Below are positions 51,260-64,000 of a stretch of 64,000 nucleotides of DNA, piece after piece. This DNA comes from Eledone cirrhosa (lineage: Eukaryota): positions 217,124,001 to 217,188,000 of the forward strand of contig OZ024741.1 of the NCBI GenBank assembly GCA_964016885.1, given 5' to 3'. The notes beneath the pieces are model-generated. The model did not search any database. It was not told the DNA's origin and saw only the letters and a list, made by a program, of their open reading frames with translations. Made by a program: the position numbers and the translations under genes. Every line of letters starts with the position of its first letter. The stretch's first letter is position 1.

Positions 51260-51716
51260 TTGTTATACTTGGGGAGGGTCATATTTGTGTAATATTGCCA
51301 GAATTAATAACAGAACACACTCACTGTTTGGTTGGTTTTCGCTTCTCGCTGTCTTTTATATCGGTAATCTAACTTACTCGGTCCTCAATGTTGCGTAGAC
51401 ATACAACACAACAGGAGGAAAATATAACACCACTGACGATGTTGCAGATGTGCAACGAAAGATTTATGATAAACTATATATATGTGTTTGTGTCTATATT
51501 GTATCTGTATTATTTTTGACCGTCGGTCAGTCAATGGCAACATTGAGGACCGAGTAAGTTAGATTACCGATATAAAAGACAGCGAGAAGCGAAAACCAAC
51601 CAAACAGTGAGTGTGTTCTGTTATTAATTCTGGCAATATTACACAAATATGACCCTCCCCAAGTATAACAATATTTGTTTCGACACACAATTTCATATAA
51701 AAAACCTCGCAAAACT
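51260..51716. mobile_element. Non-coding foldback derivative related to the Penelope family at 45-46 kb, with hammerhead 51429-51470
   Basis: ~135-bp inverted arms ending TGACCCTCCCCAAGTATAACA (same terminus as 46352-46373 and 1432-1452); ACCA-CTGACGA-TGTTGCAGATGTGCAAC-GAAAGATTTA-TGAT. Confidence 0.78.
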
Positions 51717-53859
51717 ATATATATATATGTATGTGTATGTGTATGTATAAAACTGCATTGGTATGGACATGTGATGCACATGGAGAATGACCGTTGGGTA
51801 AAGAAGTGCCAAGAAATCCCCGTGGAAGGAAGACGCAGCAGAGGAAGACCACAATAAATCATGGGCGGAGGTGGTGAGAACTGATCTCAGATTGCTGAAG
51901 CCCACGGAGGAGATGACAAAGGATCATGACGAATGGAGAGATGTTATGCAGTGCTAGGTCAGGTGACCATGCCTTACACAGAACTGATTTTGGCTTGGTT
52001 TCTACAGCTGGATGCCCTTCCTAATGCCAACCTTAGGAAGGGCATCCAGCTGTAGATACCAAGCCAAAATCTGTTCTGTATAAGCAACATATATCATTAT
52101 CATCATATTTAATGCCCATCTTCCACGCTAGCAACGGGTTAGACGGTTTTGTTCCATTTAATGCGGGAATGGTCGGGAGACCATGTCTCGCTCTCACAGA
52201 AGCGTCTCTAGCAGGTTTTTTTTTACAGCTGGATGCCCTTCTTAACACCAACCACATTTACGGTGTGGACTGGGAGCCTTTTCACTGTGTCTCCTATACC
52301 CATAGTTTGCATTTGGGACATAGAATGGAGTTTCTGCCCAATCCTTTCTTACACACTGAGCATGGCCATTTCCAAGAGGGTACCTGTGCCCTATTCTCCT
52401 TTCTGCATACTAGAACCTTAGTCTTAGACAAGTTGACTCTAATGCCTTTTGATATATATATATATATATTGGAGAGAAATGTATTTAATAATAGCTTTAA
52501 CATTCATACATAAAACATTAATATTTGTAGAGTTGAAACATGAATTTGTAGAACATTCTATTGCAATCTATGCAAGATTAATGTAATTTCAAAGTATTAA
52601 ATTAGTGTACATACATACACACATACACACACATATATATACACATGACAAACTATCTATTATATTGATGTAAGTTCATACAAACATTTTCCCCCTTCAT
52701 TTTTGTTAAGAAACTCAAAACTAAATAACTTCTGTATGAAAAAAGAAACAAACAAAATGTTTTTTTTTTCCTTTTGTCAAAATTTTCAGTCTAAACCAAT
52801 TTTTTTGAGGTGACAGTAATATTTATTCCTTAACAATTGTATATTTTTCTCTTTTTCGTTTTTTTTATACAACCGTACTTGAAGTAATTCGTTTTTCGGC
52901 ATGACATTGTAAATTTCCTGTACATCCTTTTTAAATAACCACATAAAAAATTGTTTAAGCAGTAAAAAAAAATTGGAAAACAATTTAAAATAAAAAAAAA
53001 TAGTTTTCAATATTATTTTCGATTAAAAAATATATTTGTTTTGGTTTTTAATACTTTTATTAACAGATATATTCATAGTTTATGTCCTGTTTCGAAAGAA
53101 AAGCTTGTGAACAAAAAATGTCTTAACCATTGAGATGTAATAAAATATTCAGTACTGAGAAGTGGAACGACTTGGGAGGGGGGTGTAAAGGTCAAGGCCA
53201 TTTCCTGGGGCATTACTACGTTTATATATATATATATATATACACACACATATAGATATATATGTATGTATGTGTAAATGGTTGGCGTATACACCCACAT
53301 AGTCTGGTATACATCGACTACAATCACTCACACAAATAGTGTTACATTTACATAGTCACACACATGAACTTACATACATACACACATATTTACAGAGAGA
53401 TTCACTCACATACAAGAAGAGAGAGAGAGACATATACACACCTTTACTCACATAGGTACACATACACAGTGTCACACACATACAGGAAAAGTGACATACA
53501 CACATTTTTACACAGCTAGACACATTTACTCCCACACATACATAAACATACACACACATTTACTCATGTACATACACAGACAGAGAAAAATTTCCTCACA
53601 CGTACATATACTTACAAAAATAGAAACACATTTATTCAGATACATTAATATAAAAAAAGTAAGACACTTTACTTATGCACACACATACAGAAACAAATAG
53701 TTATTCATACATACACACATACTTAGACAAACATATATAGAGAAAGTCACACACACATACACAAGGAAAGACAAGCACTTATTCCCCCCCCCCATAAATA
53801 TATACATACATAGTTAGACAGATACACATTCATATACACAGACACACACACAAAGAAAG

Positions 53860-54090
53860 ACAGGCATTTGTTCACACATACAATTACACAGGCACACACA
53901 CATAGAGAAAGGCAGGCATTTGTTCACACACATATACAGATACAATTACACAGGCACACACACATAAAGGAAGACAGGCATTTGTTCACACATATATACA
54001 CATACAATTACACAGGCACATACACACATAAAGATAGACAGGCATTTGTTCACACACACATATAAAGAACCAGGCATTTGTTCACACACA
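53860..54090. repeat. Minisatellite CAGGCATTTGTTCACACA...
   Basis: About five tandem units in CA-rich sequence. Confidence 0.8.
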
Positions 54091-55795
54091 TATACACATA
54101 AATATATTAACACACACTGAGCCAGATAGAAGGTTTTTTGGGGGGGTCTTACCAGCTCTGACAGTGTGAACCAATTGTTTTATCTGCAAAGCACCGTTAA
54201 CATACATACACGTATATATATATTGTATATATACGCACATATTTATATATATACACCAACCAGTACCATTTGGAGACACAGACACATTATATTGTAGAAC
54301 TTATTGTGTGTGTATATATAACTAGCTTATATATTATTGTACAGTGTATATAAGACTTTAAAAACTTCCGAATATATATATATATATATATATGCAGTGA
54401 ACAGTATTTATATACACTAAAACAGGAAAGTATAAGAACACCACAATATTTGAATTTCAAGTTCAACTTTATACATACATACACACACATCTATATATAC
54501 ACGCGCTTATAAACACCGTTTTTTTTTTTTTTCAAAAGAAGTTAACTCTATGGTATATACTCTATAAACCTGAGCTTAATATACACACTTCTATATAGTT
54601 TTGATTAAACATATCCATCTATATACAGATGTTCATATATATATTTCATTAGTGATTTTATAAATATTACAATATATATATATGTATATATAGTAAGCTC
54701 TAACAAAACCTTGTTCAATATAAACACAAACAAGCAAGTCAACACTACTACCACCAACTTGAATTATAGCAAGTCATGATAATAATAACACGTACATTAT
54801 TAATTTCATCGATTTATTAAAGCCAATCAACCTCACACACACACATACAGATCTATATAGATTTATATACATGTATATGTGTATATAAAGGGAGAATATG
54901 TGGATATTGTGATAATTATGTTGACAACGGCGATGTCAATATTACCCATGATGATGATGATGGTAATGACGACGATGATGACGACGATAGTGATGATGAT
55001 GAAGGCTGCTACCACCACGTCAATGACCTGATAAAATTATTCCACTTCATTTTTCTATTTATGTTTAGAGACACAACAACAACGGTATGTCTTCTCTCTC
55101 TTTTAACATATCTGTCTCTCTATATATATACACTCACATATATATATATATATACATACATATATGTATGTATATATATACACGCTGTGTCTGTCTATTT
55201 CCTAAATATTTTAAACAATACACGCTGGACATTTTCTGTCCTCTATATTCTTTCTCTCTCTTATATATATATATATATATATATATAAATGCATAGATAT
55301 GTACCCTATATTATATATATGTGTGTGTGTGCAAGTAATCTTGTGTATAAGCAGATTTTCATGTACACAAGACTCTATATATACATGGAATGTCGTGTGA
55401 TAGTGTGTATATATATATATGTATATATACATATATGGATATATATATATATGCAAACGATTATATGTATACAGATTTTCATGTACACAACACCCTTTAT
55501 AAATAAGGAATGTTGACGATAGAGTGTGTATATATATATATATGTGTGTGTGTGTGTTTATATATATACACATATGTACTTATAAGAACGGTGGTCTAAA
55601 ATACAGGGATCACTATTTGATGTTGTCCATTGCTAAATCGATCCCTCATTTATTTGTCTTTGTATGTATATGCAATATATATATATATATATATATATAT
55701 GTCTGAGTGTATACATACAAACGATCTTGTGTATGAAAACTGATTATTCTGTACATACTACTCTATATACTAGGAATGCTGTGTGTTGATATGTG

Positions 55796-55831
<36 letters not shown>

Positions 55832-55996
55832 GTACTTATAAGAACGGTGGTCTAAAATACAGGGTCCACTTTTTAACGTTGTATATTACAAAATCAATCC
55901 CTCATTTCTTGGCATATATGTATTTGAATGTGTGTATATATATATATAAAATCTTATGTATAAACACCGACTTTCCTATACACACGGAATGTTTTT

Positions 55997-56040
<44 letters not shown>

Positions 56041-58565
56041 TGTGTGTGTGTGTGTATAATGAATGGTGGTCTAAAATAGAGGGGTCATTTTTCCATGTTA
56101 TTTATTATAAAATAGACCCCTCATTTTATGACAGATATATGTATGTATATGAACGTGTGTATACATATTTTTTTCTTTTGCCCTCTTGTTTCTTTATATA
56201 CAGTCTCAAACACGTTCACAATTCGACGGAATAATGTTTCATAATATTAATTCATTTTTATATTAACTATAATTATTAATATTATGAAGGAAGATTTTAA
56301 ACATTTTTTTAGCAAAAGAGAAAGTAATGGTAAACAAGTTATATTGTAATAACGATACTTATATGTATATATTTATATATATAGATACATGTATATGTAT
56401 GTATATGCACGTATATATTTGTATATGTACTTATACTACACACATATATATATATACGTATATAGAACCATCATATGTATACGTATATACACATATACGT
56501 ATATACAACCATCATATGTATACGTATATACACATATATGTATATACAACCATCATATATATAATGATAGTTATATATATATATATATAATTTTATATAT
56601 AGACAGATGAATCTGTGCTATTTATGCCTGTCTCAAGGACATTAGGCTGGCACGTAGTAGTAGGTGACATGGCTGCGACCGGATCTTGAAACCGGGTCGC
56701 ATATTTAAAGCTTTGCCGGGGGCGGATGGCCATAAAACATTTTTATCGTCTAAAATGTAATTCCTTTCACACATACACACAAAACTCTACATATTTACGA
56801 CGCTTGTAATGAAATAATCTGCGTGGGGTTTATTTAATCTTGTATATAAGTGAATATTTTACGATGTAGGTGGCGGCGGTGATTGGTGTAAAATAGCTTC
56901 GACTAGAATTTGAACCTTGTTAATATTGTTTCTCTCCTACATCTCTTGTAGCTATAATAATTACAATTATTATAGCTATAATAATTACAATTATTATAGC
57001 TATAATAATTACTATTATTATAGCTACTTCTGGCACAAGAGAAAGGGGAAGGTCGATTAAATCGACCCCAGTGCATTTTCTTGTACTTTATTTTATCGAC
57101 CCCTAAGGGAAGTAACTACATGCCGCAAACCATGTATGACGCTCTACTAATAGTGCCAAATAATGATAATTATTTAACCATTTTGTTACCTAATAAAAAA
57201 AAAAAAAAACGCTTTATGAATTTTTAAATATCTTTGAAAATGACCAAGAATTTGGAAGGATTTAATAATAAATGTAACTTCTTCATTATTAAGCTGATGT
57301 TTGGAACATAACTTAACAAAGTCTCTTACACAAAATTTCTGATGGACGGTTTGTTTAAGTAATTATAATGGATATTAAAATAAGTAGTTTTGTATTGTAG
57401 AACCAGATGTTTCAGGCAGTTTGTTATCAGCAGGGTTAAAACATTTAGAGAGAGATTTAGTAATAATATAACTAACTTTTTAATTAAGTTGGTTTTTGTA
57501 ACATAAGTTCTCACATAAATTTGTTAGGAAGATTTTTTTTTATTTCTTTTTTTTAGATAAATATAAACACTACTACCCGTTCATTTATTGTGTTAGCTGG
57601 ATTTCCAGATATAATTAATTAAATGTATATTATTAAGTTTAATTGTTGCCACTTCCAGTTCCGAGTTTCAAATCCATTACGAAACCCCAAAAGCTAATGT
57701 AGTTGAAATGTTAATACTGATGGTAAAAACCTTTTCTTCGGCCAAAACCTCGAACTCCTTGACGATCTGAGTTCCACACCCAGTTAGTTAAAGACTAGTT
57801 AATTTCATCTGTATCACTATTATCTTTGGTTGAGTGTGGGGATATTTGAACGTCACAATCAATCTTACTGGTTCGATCCATCCATTAAGGAAATATCGAT
57901 CTTTATATTTGACGTAAAAAATGAATACAGATTTTTTTTTAGGGGGTGGGGAGAAAAATACTTAACATATATATATATAATAGAAATGGCTTATACGGGA
58001 CTAGAACTGTTTCATTCGAAATTAATGTATTGAGTACCTTAGTGTGGTTACTCCCGATTGAACCTGGGACACCTCCCTCTCACATATATATAAAACCTAG
58101 TACTTGACGTGTACTTTTTTATTTGAGTGAGGGAAAAAAAATCTACACGCACACACCCAAAAGAAAAAGAGTTGATCTTGGTAGGATTTGAACTCAAAAC
58201 CCAAAGATACTATTGTCGGTTACTTAACCAATTCAGCCAACTCAAAAGATACTATTTCATAGATTTTTTCGCCTTGTCAAAATGGAATGTTTATAAGAAA
58301 CTATGGTAATCCTTCCTATTAAGATCAGAGGCAACTTCCGGTGATTTCCGTGTGTAAAACTAGCAATAAAAAATATATTATAAATATGTCATCTACATAT
58401 TTTAAAATGTTTATCTCTGCAAAATATATATTTAGGAAGTTATGAAAAAACAAAGTCAGTTGACGGTACTAAACCATGTGTGTGTGTGTGTGTGTACAGG
58501 GCGTCCCCCCCCCCCCCAAAAAAAATAGCATTCTAATCAAAGTGTGTACACATTTTGTTTGGAGA

Positions 58566-58608
<43 letters not shown>

Positions 58609-58936
58609 GTGTGTGTGTGTATAATTTACCAGTTTTGAATTAGTAACACTAATACTTAGCAGAGTACTCGATACTTGGGATAGTAGAGTGTGACTGCATT
58701 AGAATGAGTCGGGGCCCCCTACGACTGAGCTCTTGCCGCCTCGACAGCTAATTCCACACACACGTATATATATACATACACACACGCACACACACATGTG
58801 TGTGTGTGTGTATATATGTATATATGACATAACTACAGTTTAGTATCTCCAGCTGACTGTTTCTTCATAACATTTTAATGTATATTTTGTAGATACAATT
58901 TCAAAGGTGTAGATTACAAATCTCTATCTATCTAAA

Positions 58937-58958
58937 TATGTGTGTGTGTCTGTATGCG

Positions 58959-59028
<70 letters not shown>

Positions 59029-59049
59029 CATACATACATACATACATAC

Positions 59050-59138
<89 letters not shown>

Positions 59139-59210
59139 CATATATATATATATACATATATATACATACATATATACATATATATATACATACACACACA
59201 CACATATACA
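58937..59210. repeat. Compound (CA)/(TACA)/(TA) microsatellite
   Basis: Direct observation. Confidence 0.95.
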
Positions 59211-60007
59211 CAATGGGAAATATGGAAAGCTGTTTGTGATTTTAAAACAAAGGATGACCGGACGAAATGCAACTTCGGTGATAGTTGTTTCGTGAACCTT
59301 ACAGATGGTGTTTCGTGGACATTATACACACACACATATATATATATATATTGTATTATATATTAGATATACTGTTCTGTGGATTAATCTTTCCGCCACA
59401 TCCACTTCTCGAAAGATGCAGGGGTTCGATTCTCAAAGAGTGTTTAAAATTTTTTTTTTTTTTTACTCTTTTCTAAGTCTGCTTTACCCGATATATTCAA
59501 ATATTATTATAGTTATCTGTCCTGTGGCGACTATATTCAAATTTCCCAATAATAGTATAGTAATAATAATCGGCGTGGAAGTTATTTCTCTTATATTCGT
59601 GAAATTGTAATTTTTTTAAAGCCAAAAATGAATATATAAATATACATTTTTTACGTTGGTCAGCCTGAGTCACAATTTGCCATTTATGATAAGGAAGACA
59701 CACATATACACACATTCTCACTCACATACACACACGCGATTGATTTATATTTTTCAGGTTGTCTGTGTGAGTGTGTATGTGTATATACACACACACACAT
59801 ATATATATATATAGATACATGTGTGTGTGGATTTGTAGTGTACTTACTATACGTGTATATCATGACCACACGGATCTATGTAGGTGTATTAAGTGTATGT
59901 ATGTGTGTATATATATATACATACAGGGTGTCCTCCCCCTTAATGTATACACACTTATTAGAATGCTGTTGAGGTGTATATACATTTTTGGGGGTCACCC
60001 TGTGTTT

Positions 60008-60042
<35 letters not shown>

Positions 60043-60507
60043 GCCTCCTGTGTTTTGTTTCTTCATTTCCAACTATAATACACACACACACATTGTGTGC
60101 GTGTGTGTGTAGTTCGACATTTTTTTTTCTGTAAACAATGTTCGATATTGTAGTCGCTGCTGTCAGAATGCTGTTGGTTATGTATGTGTGGTTACAGAGA
60201 AATAGGCTAAACATATTTAGAACTTGCTAGAAACCAAAGTATTTGGAGTGGGGGGCATATGTGGAAATTCCGTTTAAGATTTTTTTGTGTTTTTAATTAG
60301 GACATGAAGGTAGGACTTCATAACCTGTGTGTGTATCAGGTGTCCCATATGTAAGGCATGCTTTAAACATATTGTAGATTCGAGAACCTGACATATTTAT
60401 GGGACAGCGTCAGGTTGTTTTTTTTTAGCTATAGTTTATAGCTAACAGGTATATTCTTTTTTAATGTGTTTGTATATATGTATAGCCACAAGGACCATTC
60501 ATTATAT

Positions 60508-60564
<57 letters not shown>

Positions 60565-60566
<2 letters not shown>

Positions 60567-61275
60567 GTGAAAAATGGAACGGGAACAAAACAGAGGCAGT
60601 ACGAACAAAGGTTTATTAGTTTCACGCTCTTGAGTGGGGGAGGGGGGACGTTTCGGGCATAAGCCCTTCTTCAGGCGAAAAGTGTGGGGCAAGAGAGTTC
60701 CAAGGGTGTGTAGGGGAGTGAGGGAGAGACATTTCGAAAAAAAAGGGGGGTGGAAGGGGTACACATGAAAATAAAAAAAATAATAAAAATAAAAATAAAC
60801 ATGAAAATAAACAAGTGGTGGAAGGGTGTGGGGCGTATAGGAGTGGGGAGAGGGAGGCGGGGAGGGCTGAAGGTGGTGTGTGAATGTGAGAGTTGGGGGA
60901 AGAACGAGGTTCCATGTTCAGGGTGGGGGTGGGGTGTAGGTCGGTGTGTGTGCGCGCGAGGATTCCGGAGGCTGAGTGTGTAAATATGTGGGGGTACGCA
61001 CGTGTGTGTGGTGTTTATACGTATTATGGATGTAGGTGGTGTGTGGGAAAAAAATGTTTGTGAGTGTATGTCCGTGGGTAAGTTCCTAAGGTAGTTCCGT
61101 AGAGGGTGTGGTGAGTTATATATATGAACAGACCCGTTTTTCTCAAAGATATTCTTTCTTCTATCTTTCTATTTTCTGATAAAGGACTACCGTCCGAAAC
61201 GTTAAAACTTTTGCTAGGCGTGAAAATGTCTTCATTGTACTTCATAGTCTGTTGTTTCTTTCTGTTTACTCTTCG
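60565..61275. mobile_element. Divergent pair of hammerhead-bearing Penelope-like UTR fragments separated by G-rich sequence
   Basis: Minus 60647-60676 CTGAAGA-AGGGCTTATGCCC-GAAACGTC (degenerate relative at 11383-11410); plus 61172-61207 TTTT-CTGATAA-AGGACTACCGTCC-GAAACGTT-AAAA. Confidence 0.6.
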
Positions 61276-61684
61276 TATAGTGTGAGTATATATATATGTG
61301 TGTAGATGAGGTTGGCGTTAGGAAGTATATCCAGCTGTAGAAACCAAGTCAAAATCAGTTCTGTATGATCAAGACATGGTCACCTGACTAACATTGCCCA
61401 CAACAGAACAACTCATCTAACCCATGTCAGCATGGAAAAATGGATGTAAAAACAATGATGACGATGTATGATGATGCCATATGAATGAAACAGTTGTAGT
61501 CTGTGCTGGATTTAGGACAAATGAGGTGCTAGTTAAGTTATGAGGCCCCTTACTTGGTCCTTGAATGATGTAAAAACGTTTTTTGACAGGAATTTGTTCC
61601 CCTCTCCTTCCCATCTGGTCAATGGGGTCCTGTGCTTAAGAATACCTAAGTACAATGGTAAATCTGGCACTGGTAGAAGACATT

Positions 61685-61718
<34 letters not shown>

Positions 61719-64000
61719 CTAGCAGAGGTACCCGGCGTTGCCCGGTATAACTCAATGGAGTAGTCATTCAAATGAACCAAAAGACTTAGGTTAAACACGA
61801 CTATAGAAGTAATAATTTATAGGTTTTGGCCCTAAAGAAGGCCTTTGAATGTTCACTTTGAAATATCTCTGCGACGGTGTTGCCAGCAAAGACGAATCCG
61901 ATGGTAACAATTTAAAGTTGGTGGCCCAAAAGAGAGCCTTGGATCATTCAATCTTAAAAGTCTCACCACGGTGCTGCCAGCAAAGATGAATCCAGCAATA
62001 ACAATTTATAGTTGGTGGCCCTGAAGAGCGCCTTGGATTGTTGACTCTTAAAAGTCCCAGCAGCAGAGCTGTCAGCGAAGATGACTCCGATTAGAGGTGG
62101 TGGCCCTTAGGTCCTTCACACCACTTTGGTGTGTCGTATTTGCTTTGCTTGTTATTTGAGATTGTAACCTAGAAAAGCATGTAACAGTCGGTGGCCACAA
62201 AAAACGGCCTTGGCAAGATCACGCTGGAACATCAAAAAAATGTGTAAATAAGATGTAGGGAAAAGTAGATTAATCAGGTTAGAAAACGGAGACATTGAAC
62301 ATTTATAATGTATAGCAAAAGCAACCTCAGAGGCATACGTGGTATTGTCAAAAGGACAAAAATAGCACACGGATACAGCAAATGTAAGCACTTATACAAA
62401 AAAAAAACAGCGATTACTTGTTGGCGGATGGGGTGCCTACAAAACTTCCTTATAGACTATATTTTGGGTTTTCTCGCGAGTTGCAAATAGGTCATGTCGG
62501 CTCCCCACTTGAGAGCAGCCAACATATAGTTGACTATGGGAGAAGCATGGTTCTTCTAAATTAAGCCCTACGACCGTCAGCGTCTGACCCTGTGATTTGT
62601 TAATCGACATGGCGAAACTGAGCCGGAGAGGGAATTGCAGCCTTCTGAATGTGAAAAGAATGTCTTTACCGGATGGAATGAGAGGTATTCTTACATCCTG
62701 TAAGTATTGTTGGCTCAATAACATGAGGCATCGCCTTTTGGACGACCAGACATGTGCTGTTGGAAAGCCTTTGGGGTTCCAAATTCCTGAGGAGCATGAC
62801 AGGGTCACCTTTCTTAAGTCGCAGTAATCGGGGAGGGTCTAGGGAGTTAAGAAATTATGTGGGGTAATTAACAACTTCGTCTGGATCAGCCATAGTCAAG
62901 GGACTTGTAGACGTGCAGGTTTCCAGGCAAGCACAGCGTAGTCGGAGGAGGGGTCGTAGTTAAAGGCCTTCAACAACCATCGTGAATTGCAAGTCCTAGA
63001 AATGCCATGTAACGATGATCGCCGCTGTTCACTTTGCAGAAGTTGGCCACATCTTTGCTCTCTGGTTTCAGTATTTTGTGCAGCAGCAGTGGCAGCAGCG
63101 TCCCTCCTTCGTCGAACGGCACGTCGTCCTTCATCCTCTCGAGTGCGAGCAGCGGCTGTTGCAGTGGCGTCCCCGCTTCGTCGAATGGCACGTTGTCCTT
63201 TATCTTCTTGAGCGTGAGCAGCGGCTGTTGCAGTGGCGTCCCTGCTTCATCGGACGGTACTTTGTGCTTCCTATCGCATGTGAGCAGTGGCAGTTGCAGT
63301 GGCGTCCCTGCTTCGTCGAACGGCACGTCGTCCTTCATCCTCGCAAGCAGCAGCAGTCGCGGCAGCATCTTTGTTCCCTCAATGTTCACGCCGACTGTCA
63401 CCCTCCTCCGCTCTTGCAGCTGCCGTCTGCACAGCATTCTGTGAGAGCCTGATCGCAGTCGTATTTACATTCGCTTAGACCTACTTGCATCATTATATAA
63501 TCGACCAATGACAGTTCTTTTCTTGGGGGGCATTGTTTTTAGAAAATTAACCAGGGAGAACGATAAATAGTGAACAAATAACGTTTAAGTAAGCAAATCT
63601 AAACACGGATATAAATTGGGGAAAAATGTGATAAATCTATGTGGTCTGAGAAAGTGGGTATGTTTTGCAAGATTTTGTGTACCAGTCAAATTTCAGGTTT
63701 TAAGTTAGGGGCAATACAGCGTACGGAATACCTTTGATAAAGGAAATTAAATATTGTGGCTACAGTGGTAGGTATATAAGTACGTATGTTTGTTCAGTTC
63801 GAACATAGCAATAAGTAAGTACTAACCATTGAAAGGATACAGGCAAAAATGGCCGAAAAATCACAGCATGATAAACTGGAACCTTATGACCATAAACACA
63901 TTAACTAAACCTCCTTTAAGGTGACAAATGTTGAAGAAGCATGCGTTTCAGAAACATGGGGTAGCTTATGAGAGTACGCATGTAAAAAAAACCTACCACT
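61719..64000 (-). mobile_element. Helitron, internally deleted; 5' end not identified
   Basis: 3' end CCGGGCAACGCCGGGTACCTCTG-CTAG|T at 61719. PIF1 helicase C-terminus at 62437-62808 (FRRLQFPLRLSFAMSINKSQGQTL...CFSHSQLYV...TQNIVYKEVL). N-terminal-type tandem repeats at 63080-63370. Confidence 0.9.

Noticed and set aside
55069-55084. Possible 16-nt plus-strand microexon (TTAG...GTATGT)
   Set aside because: Not frame-preserving, no supporting neighbouring exons, and such signals arise by chance in AT-rich DNA.

Overview
AT-rich, microsatellite-dense animal genomic DNA. The repeat landscape (abundant RTE LINEs with (GAT)n tails, two tRNA-derived SINE families, very long TA/CA tracts) suggests an octopod or other coleoid cephalopod; this is an inference. 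The only host gene I recognise is ALG13 (minus strand). It has three coding exons (39728-39624, 36196-36037, 33998-33860) and I could not find its terminal exon in the window. The rest is a nested transposon graveyard: many RTE LINE copies (one with an intact RT ORF carrying a PHD-type finger inside the RT), two large Tx1/L1-clade LINEs, a GC-rich CRE-like RT+RLE element, a CR1/L2 fragment, a Penelope GIY-YIG fragment, a DD37D (maT) transposon, a Helitron, MITEs and SINEs. The most striking hidden layer is a set of about 15 or more type I hammerhead-ribozyme motifs (CUGANGA...GAAA...UH, many with intact stems I-III). They belong to roughly 8-10 unrelated short non-coding families. Most are arranged as foldback (tail + inverted arm) units next to (TA)n tracts, consistent with a large population of non-autonomous Penelope-like or retrozyme-like elements. 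One well-formed hammerhead lies just 3' of the CRE-like ORF. All coordinates and folds were read by eye and not computed.
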